Shown piece after piece: positions 12,736 to 25,375 of a stretch of DNA of 64,000 nucleotides. The translations under genes were made by a program, and so were the position numbers. The notes beneath the pieces were generated by a model that saw only the letters and a program-made list of their open reading frames with translations, searched no databases and had not been told where the DNA came from. The number at the start of each line of letters is the position of its first letter. Position 1 is the stretch's first letter. The stretch spans positions 96,001 to 160,000 of the forward strand of contig CAVYHE010000008.1 of the NCBI GenBank assembly GCA_963768305.1, given 5' to 3'. The DNA comes from an uncultured bacterium (GTDB lineage Bacteria; Margulisbacteria; WOR-1; CAVSGV01).

Positions 12736-13284
12736 ATGCTGCGGACAGAGAGGCTCATGCTCACGCCCCTTTCGCGCTATGCCGGGCCGAAGGAAATGAT
12801 CATGCCGAAAATAACGGTAAATCACCCGGTGATAATAGCAAGGATCCCCTCCAAGGTTTTTTTCGCGAGCCGAACGGAGGACAGGATATATGTTACATCG
12901 GAAACTCCTGAATTGCTCGGAGGCTCTCTTTTTAAGTTCCTGAACCGGGAAGATGTGAATTACGCGCCAAGCTATATCCCGCTACATCATAAAGCATCCT
13001 ATTTTCAAACTGTAATTGACCGCTTTTTACAAAGAATAGAAGAACAGGACATTGAAAAACCTATCCCCTCCGGAAAAAATCCGAAGACCCCTTTAAATTG
13101 TTTTTCCTTGAACCTGTCCAACTCGATCCTCCTGCAATTCTTGGTACGGCCGGAAGAAATACCGGGCGGCCTTCATTTTATTTCAAAAGCATGGGCGGTT
13201 TTTCACGGAGAAATATCGTTTCTGGATAAACTGGAAAAAGACCTGCGGAATTTTGTTTTTACGATGGGATCGTATAATGCTTGA
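12736..13284 (+). CDS. Orphan hypothetical protein (182 aa)
   Basis: Intact ORF with SD AAGGAG; oriented opposite to the flanking coaBC and priA; no recognisable domain. Confidence 0.7.
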   Translation: MLRTERLMLTPLSRYAGPKEMIMPKITVNHPVIIARIPSKVFFASRTEDRIYVTSETPELLGGSLFKFLNREDVNYAPSYIPLHHKASYFQTVIDRFLQRIEEQDIEKPIPSGKNPKTPLNCFSLNLSNSILLQFLVRPEEIPGGLHFISKAWAVFHGEISFLDKLEKDLRNFVFTMGSYNA

Positions 13285-13299
13285 AAGAACGATGCTGGA

Positions 13300-14566
13300 T
13301 CAGAAATTCAAAGAAATAGATTTCGAAGCTGATGATATCCTATGCGCCATCTTAAAGTTTGAAGCTTGATCCTTTTCAACTGATAACTTAGCCTTTACAA
13401 GATCAAGTATCCTGTTCGCCGAATTGAGTTTGCTGACCTTTCCCAAATTCTCTGTTTTTCCATCGCGATATATAAAATGCACCTTGCTTGAATCCCCGTC
13501 AAATGCTTCCGGCCCGTTCGCGACGATCAGGTCGAGATTTTTATTTATCAATTTCTTCTTAGAGTTCTTTATCAGGTTTTCAGTTTCAAGCGAGAATCCG
13601 ATCAAAATTTTGTTGCCTTTATTCTTCCCCAATGTTTCGAGAATATCATCCGTTCTTTGCAGTTCAACTTTAACTTTTCCCTTTAACTTTTTACTCTTAA
13701 CTCTTAACTTATAACTTGGTCTGTAATCCGCCACTGCCGCCGCCATCACCACTGCATCCGCCCTCTTTGCCTCGATCATCACCGCCTCTTTCATCTGCGC
13801 GGCTGTCTCGACTTCTATGACCCTGCAGCCGGAAGGTTTTTCCAGTTGCGACGCCGCGGTCACCAGTATTACTCGCGCTCCCCTGTCGACTGCCGCCCTT
13901 GCGACGGCGTATCCCATTTTTCCGGAAGACCTGATTGCCGATGAACCTAACTGGATCGATAGCTTCTCTTGTTCCGCCGGCTGTGATCAATATGCTCACG
14001 CCGTTAAGGTCCTTCGAAGCCATCAATATTTCCTCTGCTTTGGCAATGATAGCGGTAACTTCGGACATCCGGCCCTTTCCCAAACTCTCGCAGGCAAGCC
14101 AGCCGGTTTCCGGTCCGATCATTTGATATCCCAGGCTTACGAGTTTAGCGACATTTTCTTTGACGATCGGGTTTTCCCACATATTTTTGTTCATTGCTGG
14201 CGCGATCAACTTCGGCGCCTTTGATGCCACTATCATCGTCGACAGCGGATCATCAGCTATTCCTTGCGCGATCTTGCCGATGATGTTCGCGGTCGCCGGA
14301 GCGATAATGATAAGGTCGGCCTTCTCGGTGATCGAAATATGCGGGACCCGGATATTTGAAAGTTCATCTGAAAACAAGTCTGTGATAACGGGGTTGTCCG
14401 ATAAAGTCCTGAAAGTGAGAGGAGTGACAAGTTTTGCGGCTTCCGGCGTCATTGCCACCCATACATCCGCTCCCAATTGGGTCAGCTTGCTGACAAGGTC
14501 CGCGGATTTGTATGCCGCGATACCGCCGGTCACTCCGACAATTATGGTTTTATCTTTGAATGGCAT
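13300..14566 (-). CDS. coaBC: Bifunctional phosphopantothenoylcysteine decarboxylase/synthase, frameshift near 13930
   Basis: GVTGGIAAYKS, APATANIIGK, PAMN, TAGGTREAIDPVRFIGN, AAAVADY and DLIVAN. Confidence 0.95.
13686..13717. repeat. Heptamer tandem repeat inside coaBC
   Basis: ACTTTTT ACTCTTA ACTCTTA ACTTATA ACTT; same unit family as in priA and at 14567-14670. Confidence 0.7.
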
Positions 14567-14670
14567 AAGTTAAGTTATTAGTTATAAGTTATAAGTGAAG
14601 AGTTATGAGCCGTCTGTTACCAAGTATTAATAATTAATAACTTATAACTCTTAACATTTAACTCTTAACT
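14567..14670. repeat. Intergenic inverted heptamer repeat
   Basis: Left arm AAGTTAT TAGTTAT AAGTTAT AAGTGAA GAGTTAT; right arm ATAACTT ATAACTC TTAACAT TTAACTC TTAACT (reverse-complement units). Confidence 0.75.
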
Positions 14671-14968
14671 ATTTCTTTTTTTTAGGTGCCTTCGTCTTCT
14701 TCTTCTCTTCTTTTGCAAGGGACGGTCGTTTTCTTGTTTCCGTTTCAACGGGCTCCTGCGGCTTTATTATTTCCTTGCCGACCTTTATCTTTATCTTATC
14801 CGCGGAGATCTCCTTCAATGCCGTGGTTATGGCATCGGTGGGATCAAAATCATCCACATACGGGAGCGAACCGGCAAGTATTTGCTTTGCCCTTGTTATG
14901 GTGGCGTTCACCAGAAGGAACTTGTTCCTTATTTTATCCATAATGTCATCTATCCTTAGATCTTTCAA
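14669..14968 (-). CDS. rpoZ: RNA polymerase omega subunit
   Basis: NKFLLVNATITRAKQI and TTALKEI; conserved gmk-rpoZ-coaBC order. Confidence 0.85.
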   Translation of the reverse strand: MKDLRIDDIMDKIRNKFLLVNATITRAKQILAGSLPYVDDFDPTDAITTALKEISADKIKIKVGKEIIKPQEPVETETRKRPSLAKEEKKKTKAPKKKK

Positions 14969-15594
14969 TTTAACATCATCCTTTCTCTTTCCACATTGAT
15001 TATAGCTTTTATTTTTTCGGCGGCGGATTCCACGTCGTCATTAACAACAATGTAATCGTATTTTTCCATGACCTGCAGTTCCGCTATGGCGCTCCTGAGC
15101 CTGAAATTCTGCTCTTCCGCTTTTTCGGTCTTTCTCTTTTTAAGCCTGAAAGCAAGTATGTCCACCGACGGAGGGACAAGAAAAACAAAAACTTCCGATG
15201 CCGAGCCTAATTTTTTCTTCGAAACCAGGTCCTTTATGCTGGCCGCGCCCTGCACGTCCACTTCCAAAATGATGGTCTTCCCCTTATCAAGGGACTTTTC
15301 TATGGGCGCTCGCGGCGTGCCGTAATAGTAGCCGTGGACCTTTGCCCATTCCAGAAATTCGCCTTTTTTTTCAAGTTCAAAGAATTTGTCCTCGGAATAA
15401 AAGAAATAATCTTCTTTATCCTTTTCAAAAGGCCTTTTCGGCCTGGTTGTTGCGGAAGTTGAAACCAAAATTTCAGGGCTGATCTTGAGCAGTTTGGCCA
15501 TTACCGTGCTTTTCCCCACCCCGGACGGTCCGGAAATGACCACAAGCAGGCCCCGTCCGCCGGTTCCCGCAGGGATTTTATTCTTCCTTTTCAC
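14965..15594 (-). CDS. gmk: Guanylate kinase
   Basis: ISGPSGVGKST, SATTRPKR, EWAKVHGYYYGT and EVDVQGA. Confidence 0.96.
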   Translation of the reverse strand: MKRKNKIPAGTGGRGLLVVISGPSGVGKSTVMAKLLKISPEILVSTSATTRPKRPFEKDKEDYFFYSEDKFFELEKKGEFLEWAKVHGYYYGTPRAPIEKSLDKGKTIILEVDVQGAASIKDLVSKKKLGSASEVFVFLVPPSVDILAFRLKKRKTEKAEEQNFRLRSAIAELQVMEKYDYIVVNDDVESAAEKIKAIINVERERMMLN

Positions 15595-15686
15595 AACCCG
15601 TGAAGTATAGCAGATTTTCCTTTACTTCACAACTTCTGTGTGTTAAGATTTTTTTTGGTTTTTAATGAAATATAGGGGGTAATTTT

Positions 15687-16800
15687 ATGAAAAAGTCCTT
15701 GTTTTTATCAGTTGTCCTGTGTGCAGCATTAGTTTCCGGCTGTTTTGCTATAGGGGCGGGCGTCGGAACAAGATCAATGGGAATGGGAGGAACCGGCATA
15801 GCCACGGCAACTGACATAACATCCGCGTATTTTAACCCGGCAGGCCTCCAGTTCGGAGCTGATAATGTTCAGATCCAGGCTTTCGCGGGGGGAGATACCC
15901 AGGGCTTATCGGACCTGGTCGATGCCGTATCGAACGGGGAAGATTTCATCACGAATAATTTTGACAAGGATTTCAATATTTCAGCTAATATCTCAGGCGG
16001 GTTCGGCTTTGCTTTCAAAAAGATCGGTTTGAGCGTGCTGGCGGACGGAGTGGCAAATTTCCAAAAAGCGGATTTTTCAAAATCGCTTAAATTCAATGTC
16101 AACGGGAATGTAAACGGATATATTCCTCTCACTCTCGGCTCCTCATTTTCAACCCCCGGTCTTCCTATAGCTATGCTGGCGGTAGGCGTGAACCTTAAAT
16201 CGATAACAGTCGGATCCATGTACACCAATGTCATCCAAACCGGTCCAACAACCGGCGAAGGCACAATGAGTTCCACCATGGGCACCGGTTTCGGTTTTGA
16301 TGTGGGCGTCGCCGCAAAAGTAACCCCGCTCGTGACCGTCGGCGCTGTAGTAAGGAATCTTTCGGCATCGACCGCTATCAAGATAAAATCAACGGATATC
16401 ACGGTAGAACCGGACGGCACTATAAATGATGGGGCTGAAACCGATAAAACGACAACTTATACCCCGCCTGTCGAGACAGGGATCGGCGTAAGCGTTTCTT
16501 GAACCGATAACTAACATTCTTATAGCTTGCGACGTGGACAATTACAGCATGGCTGACAATGGGAACATTAACAAAACGACAAGTTATTCCGATACCCATT
16601 TAGGTATTGAGAAAGGCTTTTTCCTGAACACTTTAATGCTCAGGGCTGGCTATTACACCTATGGGCCGACTTCGGATACTTTCTACACATACGGGCTTGG
16701 ACTGAATGTGGGGCCTGCCAGTATAGGAGTAGCCGCGGCTAACAGCGTAAAAGACTCCGTGAACAGCATAGCATCCGCTCAAATCGGAGTGGCTTTCTAA
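15687..16800 (+). CDS. Outer-membrane beta-barrel protein (FadL/TraF-like), frameshift near 16500
   Basis: Signal peptide, GTRSMGMGG...YFNPAG, amphipathic strands, C-terminal QIGVAF. Confidence 0.7.
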
Positions 16801-16857
16801 GGCTTGGCTCTGCCCAGGTAGTTTGAATTAGCGTAGCTGATACGCTATAATTTCTTC

Positions 16858-17241
16858 GTGCCGCTGTTTTATCAAAAGATCCTCATCGCGATCCTTCTTG
16901 CCGTTCTTTGCGGAGAGGTCGCGGTTTTTTATCTCGAAAGATATTTTGTCGACCCGAAACTCGAATATTCCCCTGATATTTCGGGGGTGATTGAGCGGCC
17001 GGCCCTTGTGGTCGCGATCATCCTCGGCGGATATTTCTTGCTATTTATTCCATTTATAATAATCATCAGGATGCTTTTCCTTGCGGGAGGGAACGGGATG
17101 AAAGGCCTTTCCGAACTGATCAAAAGGGATGAACCCGCCGTGGAGTTCCAGAAGATACGGCTGAAAAGCAAGATCGCTGTATCCTTGGTCGCAAGCCCCG
17201 CGATCGGGATAATATTCGGGTTGATCGCGGCCTTCCTGTAA
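16858..17241 (+). CDS. Membrane protein of unknown function
   Basis: Three hydrophobic segments; stop overlaps the next ATG. Confidence 0.65.
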   Translation: MPLFYQKILIAILLAVLCGEVAVFYLERYFVDPKLEYSPDISGVIERPALVVAIILGGYFLLFIPFIIIIRMLFLAGGNGMKGLSELIKRDEPAVEFQKIRLKSKIAVSLVASPAIGIIFGLIAAFL

Positions 17242-20200
17242 TGCGTAAATTAAAGAAATTATCTTTCCTGCTATTGCTCATTCTCCTGGCATCAGGCTGG
17301 TCCCCCGTTCAAATGCTTCCTGCGTTTAAGAACCTGCAAACGGACATCACGACCCAATTGAGCGCCCTGTTCGACAGGGAGATCTCCGTCGGAAGCGTTT
17401 CCGGCACGCTTATAAATCAGGTCGAGCTGAACGATGTCTGCATAGCGAAAGGAAAAAAAGCTTTTCGAGGGATCCATAATCAAGGCAAAAAAGATCGTCA
17501 TTGATTATCAACCCCTTCATTCTTGCGGCAAATAAGGGGAATATTTCCACCGCCATCTCCAAAATAGTCATAATTGAGCCGGAGGTCCTTGTGGAGCGCA
17601 GCATTCACGACGAATGGAACATGGCGAAACTTATTCCCATGTCAAAGCCGTCGGGTAAAAATGGTAAGGCAAAACCGGTCATGTTCTCGGGAAAAATATT
17701 GATCAAGGACGGCTTTGGCCTGTATGTGGACCATCTGGGCTGGGGAGAAGACCTTAAAGGGAAGGCTTTCGTTTCACAGATAAAGGATTTTAACGCGGAG
17801 ATAAAGCTATCCGGGAACAAGATCGACCTCTCGGGAACAGCGACTTCGGTGATAGGCAAAGCCGTGGCATACACGAGGACCGTGGGAAATCTGAACATAA
17901 GAACGGGCAAATATCGTTTTGTGGTCAATGCGAAGAACGTTGACCTGGAAAAATGGGGATATTACACCATGAATATCCCTCACTTTAAGCCGATCTCCGG
18001 GATATCGGACATGAAACTGACAATGACAAATCCTCCTCCCAGGAAAAAAGGGCTGCCGATATTCTTTGACGGCCAGTTCAATGTCAAGAACGGCAAGGCG
18101 ATCATATTTAACAGGCCTTTCGAAGGGTTAAATGGTTTTGTGTGGATACATGATGAGGATGCCAGGTTCAATAACGTCGCTGGATTCACCGGCGGAGTTC
18201 CCGTAATTGCGAACGGAAGGATATATGATTTTACCGTGGCGAATTATGACCTTAAACTTGAGCTCCCGCGGACGGATATCGGGAAATTGCGCGGCGCTTT
18301 TCCCGGAATCGGAAATATCGATCTTTCCGGGAAAGCCGCGGCCAGCGTGAACATAGGGGGTGATTTCGCGCATCCTTTATTCAACGGCACCGCGGAAGCT
18401 GACGGAAGATTATTCGGCCAGAACATGAGCGGCGCTTTCAAATTTAAGTCGGACGGCCCGGTATTAAAGGTCTCTTCCGACAGGCTCTCGGCATACGGAG
18501 GGGACCTGTCCGCGGAAAGCATTTTTGATTTCACGTCATCCGACCCGTCCTTTATCATAAATGTTTACGGCGTTAGCCTTGACCCCGAGAAAGCCGTGCC
18601 GGCCTTATCATCAAATAAAGGCAAAGCCGCAATGACCGTCCTTGTAAAGGGATCTGCGCAAAAATTCACCGTGGACGGCCAGGCCAAAATATCCGGCAGC
18701 GGAGAAGCGTCTGTCTTCGGCACTATTGAGGCGAATAATATCGACATGAACCTTGCGTGCAAGGACCTGAGCATTTCTTACGGCCGGTTCAAGGGGGAAC
18801 TGGACAGCTTGAACGGAAAAATATCCGGGAATGTCAGGGATAATCCTGCAAAAAACCTGGTTTTCGAGGGAAATGCCGTCTTGAGCGACGCCTTCCTTGA
18901 TTCTCAGCCAATATCGGAAGCCGATATAGCTTTCAAATATTACGATCGTCAGGCCGAGATCCCGTCCCTTATCCTGAGATCCGGCAGTTCCACTTTTTCC
19001 GTGAAAGGGAGAACAGGGCTGAACTGCGCGACGGACCTTTCAATAGAAGCCGTCAGCGCCGAGGTATCCGACCTTAAGGTTCTGGATCCTTTCATTCCGA
19101 AAGAATGGGCGCCTATTACCGGAAAGACAGATCTTTCCATTTCCGCAACGGGGGAAATTAAGGATATTAATAAGATCGATCCTTCCGCATTTTCTGTTAA
19201 AGGGAAATTCAACCTCACGGACGGCTCCATCTCCTATCAGGACATTAAGGAAGCGAATATTAATTTCTTATGGAACGATTCCCGCCTCACTCTTCAAAAC
19301 TGCAGGATAACGACCGAAGCATCCGACATCCTGGTAAATGGATTCCTTGAGCCGGCCGGTTCCGTGAACATGGATATATCAGGGACACTTTCACTGGCGG
19401 ACCTGAGGCCTTTCACGCAGAAATACGGGCGGTTGTTCGGCGAATCAAAGATCACCTGCCATCTTGAGGGAAAAACCAAGAACCCCGCAATAAAGATGGA
19501 TCTTGGTGTGCACGGCCTTAGGTTCAATGAGATCATGCTGAGCAGTGTCTCGGGCAATATTTATTATGACGGGAAAAAGCTGTACTTCTTAAAGCCTTTG
19601 GATATAGATCAGGGCAACGACGAATACGTCATTTCCGGCGATTTTTCCTTCGAAAAAAAGCCCCTCCTGTCATTAAGGCTGGATGTTCTTAAAGGCGAGC
19701 TTGGCACGGCTTCCGTGCTCATCGATGGAATAAACTCAGAAATAGGCGCCAAGCAATTTTTCGGGGTCTCACAGCAGAAAACCCTTGTCATTTATCCGGA
19801 AAAATTCCAGCTCCCACAAAGGGATCTCTCTCAGATCTATAACAGCGAAGATAAAACCTCCATTATTAAAGATGTGACCAGAGCCGAGAACGATTCTTAT
19901 TCATACGGCAAAGCCCTGAAAGAAAGGTCCGGAAGGAATATAAACGGCAAATTTACGGGTTTCCTGGAAGTTAACGGCAGAACTGATGATCTCTCGGGCG
20001 CGCTTTCTTTTGATGTAAAAGGAGGAACATGGGAAGGCTATTCATTTGATGAGATCAGCGCAAATGCCACAATGAAGAGCGGGACATTTGAGATCTCTTC
20101 AGCTTACATTAAAAAAGGAAATGGAATATTAAGCGCCGCCGGATCGTTCAACTTTTTGACATCCGCGTCGCTTGAAATAAAAGCAACGGACATGCCCATA

Positions 20201-22042
20201 GATTTCCTCTCTTTTTTCACCGGAAATGAGAAATCTTTCAAGGGAGATGTCGATCTTGATGCTCACGTCCAAGGCCCTGTCAGATCGTTGACGGGAGATG
20301 CCGGCATTAACGCGAGCAATATTACCGTAGGCGGGGTCAATTTCGATAAAGTAGCTTCGCATATCGATTTTAGAAATAACGCTTTCTACTTCCAGAACAC
20401 CGAACTCTCTACCGGCGGAAAAAAATCAGCCATAAGCGGGCACATTCCCCTTACGGGGGAGGGATTGTCCCTTAGCATATCATTGGAAGGCGAAAGCATA
20501 GGCCTTCTTTCCCTTGCTTCGCCGAATATTCAATGGACAAGCGGTACAGGAGAAGGTTTTGTCAGCATTACCGGAAGCATTGACCATCCGAAGTTGAACG
20601 GCGCATTAAGCATAAAGAACTCCGAGATCGAATTAATGTCCCTTGGATCAAGCCTGTCATCCATTAATTCCGAAATAAAGATCAACAATAATGTGATCTC
20701 CACTGAAAGCCTTTCGGCAAAATGGAATGGTAAATGGACCCATAACATCATCAATAAGATCAATCTGTACGGCAGTCTCGATCTTAACCCTCTTTTTTCA
20801 AAGGACCCGTCCGTCGGATTGAATTTAAAATTATCGGATAATGATCTTACCGTTGACATCCCGGATATTTATAAAGGCGATCTGGACGTTAAAGGAATTT
20901 CATTGGCGGGCCCATCAACAGGGCCGCGCCTTTCCGGCACTATAAATTTGAGCAACGGAGCTTTGACGCTGCCGGATATGTCCCGAAAAAGCGCTGCGTT
21001 CCCGTTAGGGATGAACCTGACAGTGAATATACAAAAGAATTCATATGTAACTGCCGGGGATGTTAATAATTTGATAAGCACCGACCTGAGCAATCTGATA
21101 TTGAATCTGGAACTTGAAGGCAACAACATCTCCGTTAACGGCAGCCTTGCGGACCCAAAGGTGCTCGGCAAGGTGACCTTCAAAAGCGGCACGGTCAATA
21201 TATTGAACCGCGAATTTTCGCTCATGTCCGAGGACAGGCAAAAGGATGTCTTTACTTCCAATCAGATGGATATCCAGGCGAATACTGCGGATTTTCGCGG
21301 CACAACCCTGCCTTATCTGACCTTATCCGCTGAAATAAACATCAATTCAACAGAAAATAGTTTAGCTAGCCTTCCTTCAAAAAACCAGACGTACACGACA
21401 TCGAATTTTCTTGTCATTTCCAGGATCACCGGAGTGCCTTTTTCGCAGGAAAAGGAAGAGGGCCTGAATCTTATGTTCTACGCCTTTAAAGAAGACGCCA
21501 CCAAGCAGCCTCCCGAGCTTGTTCCCGCCGGTTATGATGAAGAGCAGATAAAGGTCCTTTTACTGCCGGATTTCATCAAAGGATCTTTAGGGATAACCGA
21601 CAAAGGCGTATCCAATGTAGACGCCAATGAAGTGCTCGCCGATTACCTGAACAGCAGGCTGAACGCTTATCTTCTGAGAGATGTGGAAAGGAACCTTGCT
21701 AAATCATTCGAATTGGAAAGCCTGACACTGGAGTACAACTTCGGTAAAGATCTCAGGAACATGTTCACGACGACCAATCCCTCGGAACTCGGGCCTCAGG
21801 AATTGCCGGAAACAATGTACGGCATCGGAGCGGTCAAGAGCTTTTTCGGCAGGTTATTCATTGACGTGAAATATTCACAGGCGGTGGAGCAGCCGGCGCT
21901 TATAAACAAAGAATGGCTCAATTACCAGCTCACTTACAAGCTGAACTCCGTACTTTCGGTCGTTTATTACAGAGAGCCTTTCAGCTTCCTTCAGGATAGC
22001 GATTATTATAAGGTCACGCTTAAAGCCGGTTATGAGTTTTAA
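17241..22042 (+). CDS. TamB/AsmA-like (DUF490) translocation-assembly protein, frameshift near 17460
   Basis: About 1600 aa, rich in Gly and beta strands, N-terminal anchor, GxxxxP motifs, C-terminal YEF; adjacent to an Omp85 gene. Confidence 0.8.
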
Positions 22043-22072
22043 TTAATTTATAATGTGTTCTAAAAAAAACTA

Positions 22073-22101
22073 TTGAACTGTGCGGATTTAATCGGTACAC
22101 T
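22073..22101 (+). promoter_or_regulatory. Sigma-70 promoter of the Omp85 gene
   Basis: TTGAAC-N17-TACACT followed by SD AAGGAG at 22112-22117. Confidence 0.55.
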
Positions 22102-22123
22102 ATATAAAAAGAAGGAGTCATTT

Positions 22124-23930
22124 ATCAAAAAATATCTCTTTATTTTGATTGTTCTGGCGGCATTATTCATCGTGAACGGCTCCCTGTCCGCCTTTGCCGT
22201 CATCATAGGCCCGCCGATCCCGCCTTCAAAATCTATCGTGCCGCCGGCGATAATGAAAGTAGGTCCGGTCGTAACAGCGATCGAAATAAAAGGAAACAAG
22301 ACCGTTCCTGAAAGCGAAATATTGGACTGCGGTATTCAGCCGCATCGGGGATATTTTGATCGAGGAAAAGGTCTCGAGTGATATTAAAGCCATCTACGCC
22401 TTGGGCTATTTTCAGGATGTAACCGCTTCATTCGAGCCGTTCGCGAAAGGAACAAAGATAACTTTCAAAATTATCGAGAATCCCGTCCTTAACGCGATAT
22501 CATTCGAGGGCAATACTGTTTATTCATCCGATGACCTTTTGTCTGTCATGAAGACAAAAACCGGGAAGATACTTAATTACAAGATCCTGCGCGACGATAT
22601 TCAGGCAATAAACGATTATTATCACAAGAACGGCTATTCCATAGCCAAGATAGCCGACGTGTCGACCGACCCGAAGACCAGTGTCCTGAAGATAAAGATC
22701 GTTGAAGGGATGATAGAATCCATCGCTCTGGACGGCAACGAGGCAACAAGGGATTATGTCATCTTAAGGGAAATGGACACAAAGGCCGGCCAGATACTGA
22801 ACGAAAAATCGCTTTCGAAGGACTTAAGAAGGATATTCAATCTTGGTTTCTTTTCGGAATTGACGCCGGATTTCGAACCCGGAAGCTCCCCCGATAAAAT
22901 AATCCTGGTATTGAAAATAAAAGAAGCAAAAACAAATACCATAAACTTCGGCGGAGGATACGGCGAGCAGGAAGGATGGTTCGGCTTTCTGGACACCAGC
23001 ATGAACAACCTGCTCGGCACAGGACACGGCGCAATGGTCAAGGCGCAGTGGGGTTCCACTCTTACGACATACCAGTTAAAATACTATTATCCATGGTTCA
23101 TGACGGATTATCTTGGCTCGAGGACATCGCTTACATACAGGGTTTGGAACACCGCCGGTCCTGACGTATATGGCACTGACATAATAGACGCGAACAGGGT
23201 CGGCTGGGACATGACCCTGACAAGGCCTATCAACGACTATTTCTCACATTCTCTAACGTTCGGCGGTGAGACCGTGGCATCCAGGGAAGATGATTCTGTC
23301 ACCGATGCAGTGCCTTTCGATGATTATCAAACAACGACCATAGGCTATTCGATTTCCTATGATACGAGGGATATTTTCATGAATCCTACAAAGGGTGAGC
23401 TTTACACCCTGTCGGTGACCAGAGGATGGAAAACAGGGGCGAACACCATTACAACGCCAGAAACAGGCACTATAACTACCAATTACACGTTGCTTGGAAT
23501 TGATCTTAATGAATTTGTTAATTTAGGAAAGAACCAGGTACTCGCTATGCATATGGGAACCGGCATTGGATTCGGCAATGTTCCTCTCGGCAGTTATTAT
23601 TATTGCGGCGGCGCGAATACGGTAAGAGGTTATTCGCCGGTTGAAGCCGATACCGGCGTCAGAAAACTTATTATGAATGTTGAATACAGGTATACTTTCA
23701 ATGAAACTGTTCAAGGAGTTGCTTTCTATGATCTTGGTGACGCGTGGGGTGCTGTAGTGGACGGCCAAGCCAGCGGTGATGCTCCGGACATGTCCAAGTT
23801 CTTGAGCGGCAGAGGCGTGGGCGTAAGATTGAACACTCCTCTCGGCCCCATAAGGCTTGATTACGGCATAGGAGATTCAAGGTCATTCGGCGAAGGCATA
23901 GTGCATTTCTCAATTGGACAAGCGTTCTAG
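22124..23930 (+). CDS. bamA: Omp85/BamA-family outer membrane assembly protein, frameshift near 22330
   Basis: Signal peptide, POTRA repeats (GN...DIKAIYALGYF, RRIFNLGFF), VRGY motif, TPLGPIRLDYG and C-terminal FSIGQAF. Confidence 0.88.
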
Positions 23931-24540
23931 CTATATCAACGAAATAGTCGAATGGAACAAAAAGTTCAACCTCACGGGATTGAAACCCTCAGAAGATATC
24001 AGGCTTAAGCTTTACGATGACTCCCTGAACATATCCAAGGCTGTTGATCTCTCAAAAAACATCAAAATAGTGGATATCGGGTGCGGCGCTGGTTTTCCGG
24101 GGATCCCGCTAAAGATCGAATATCCGAATATCGATCTGACTCTCATTGACTCCGTTGGCAAAAAGATCGATTTCGTCAAACATATTATCGAACTTCTTGA
24201 GCTTGAAAATACAAGGGCAATTTGCAGCCGCGCTGAAGAAGCGGCAAAAGATCTTCGCGAAAGATTTGATGTGGCGGTTTCGAGGGCGGTAGCAAAGCTT
24301 AATGTCCTTTCAGAATATTGCCTGCCTTTTGTGAAAGTTGGAGGCATATTTATCGCGCAAAAGGGGCCGGACTTAGAAGCAGAGCTCTCTTTAGCGAAAC
24401 ACGCGATCGAAATTTTGGGCGGCCGCCTGAAAGAAAAGATACGGGTCCCATCCGGCTATGTTGTCGTGATCGAAAAAATAAGGCCCACTCCGAAAGAGTA
24501 CCCAAGAAAAACTGGAGTTCCTGCGAAGAATCCTTTATAA
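23914..24540 (+). CDS. rsmG: 16S rRNA m7G527 methyltransferase
   Basis: WNKKFNLT, DIGCGAGFPG, RAEE, SRAVA and YPRKTG. Confidence 0.94.
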   Translation: MDKRSSYINEIVEWNKKFNLTGLKPSEDIRLKLYDDSLNISKAVDLSKNIKIVDIGCGAGFPGIPLKIEYPNIDLTLIDSVGKKIDFVKHIIELLELENTRAICSRAEEAAKDLRERFDVAVSRAVAKLNVLSEYCLPFVKVGGIFIAQKGPDLEAELSLAKHAIEILGGRLKEKIRVPSGYVVVIEKIRPTPKEYPRKTGVPAKNPL

Positions 24541-25323
24541 AGCCTGACAGCCAAAAACGGTCGAACCTTCGCTTGACCAAAGCAACCTTTTAAGAACTTC
24601 TTGTTTCATTCCCTGCTTAAAGATAATTGAGGATATTTCCTCGATCATACTTGCATCAACCTCGCCTTCATACTTATTTGGAAGACAAACCTTCCTCACA
24701 AATTGACGTATTTTATCCTCTCTTTCCAGCGAAATAAAAGGCCGAAACAAGCTGAAATCACGATAGGGAACACAATGGTGCTTAAGTACTGCCCGATGTC
24801 TAAGTTCATGCACGATGACATTGATCCGCTTTTCATGGGACATTTCGATCATCGATGTTGAAAGCAAGATGCGATCGATGTCAGGATAATATTTGGCGTC
24901 TGCTTCGATCTCACCTTTTTCATTTTTTAATAAATGCATAGGTTCTATAGTTAAAGTAACATGATCTTCAAAAACAGAAGCAGCCAGATTTTGCGCTTCT
25001 TTAACTATTTCATGCATCAAGGTAGGCATGGGTTCGCTTAATTTTGCATTTAGTCTAAATAATACTGATAGTTCTAATAACACTGAGACATTCCTTTGCT
25101 TTTCGTCATATGACCTCCAAGTTATTGGGAAAATCGGTACCTCATCAGGTTTGTAGGATGTGATCTTGATAGGCGATGCAAAAGTAATTGAATTAAGAAA
25201 ATCATCTGAACGTTTTGCATTACCGAAGGCGTCTCTTCTAATTACAAATGAATGTGCTTTCGCGTGTGGTATTGACCCGCGGCAAGCCGAAGTTTTATGC
25301 CCTGATACCAATGGAAAATCCAT
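24535..25323 (-). CDS. Orphan protein with an HExxH (HELRH) zinc-metallopeptidase-like motif
   Basis: Intact AT-rich ORF with SD AGGAGG; VIVHELRH with a downstream Glu (YEGEVDA). Confidence 0.65.
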   Translation of the reverse strand: MDFPLVSGHKTSACRGSIPHAKAHSFVIRRDAFGNAKRSDDFLNSITFASPIKITSYKPDEVPIFPITWRSYDEKQRNVSVLLELSVLFRLNAKLSEPMPTLMHEIVKEAQNLAASVFEDHVTLTIEPMHLLKNEKGEIEADAKYYPDIDRILLSTSMIEMSHEKRINVIVHELRHRAVLKHHCVPYRDFSLFRPFISLEREDKIRQFVRKVCLPNKYEGEVDASMIEEISSIIFKQGMKQEVLKRLLWSSEGSTVFGCQAL

Positions 25324-25375
25324 TTATTTGCCTCCTATGATCCCCTCAAATGGCCCAATTATCCCCTCTATATAT

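Noticed and set aside
14567..14670. Possible CRISPR array
   Set aside because: Units are 7 nt with no unique spacers, and no cas genes are present.
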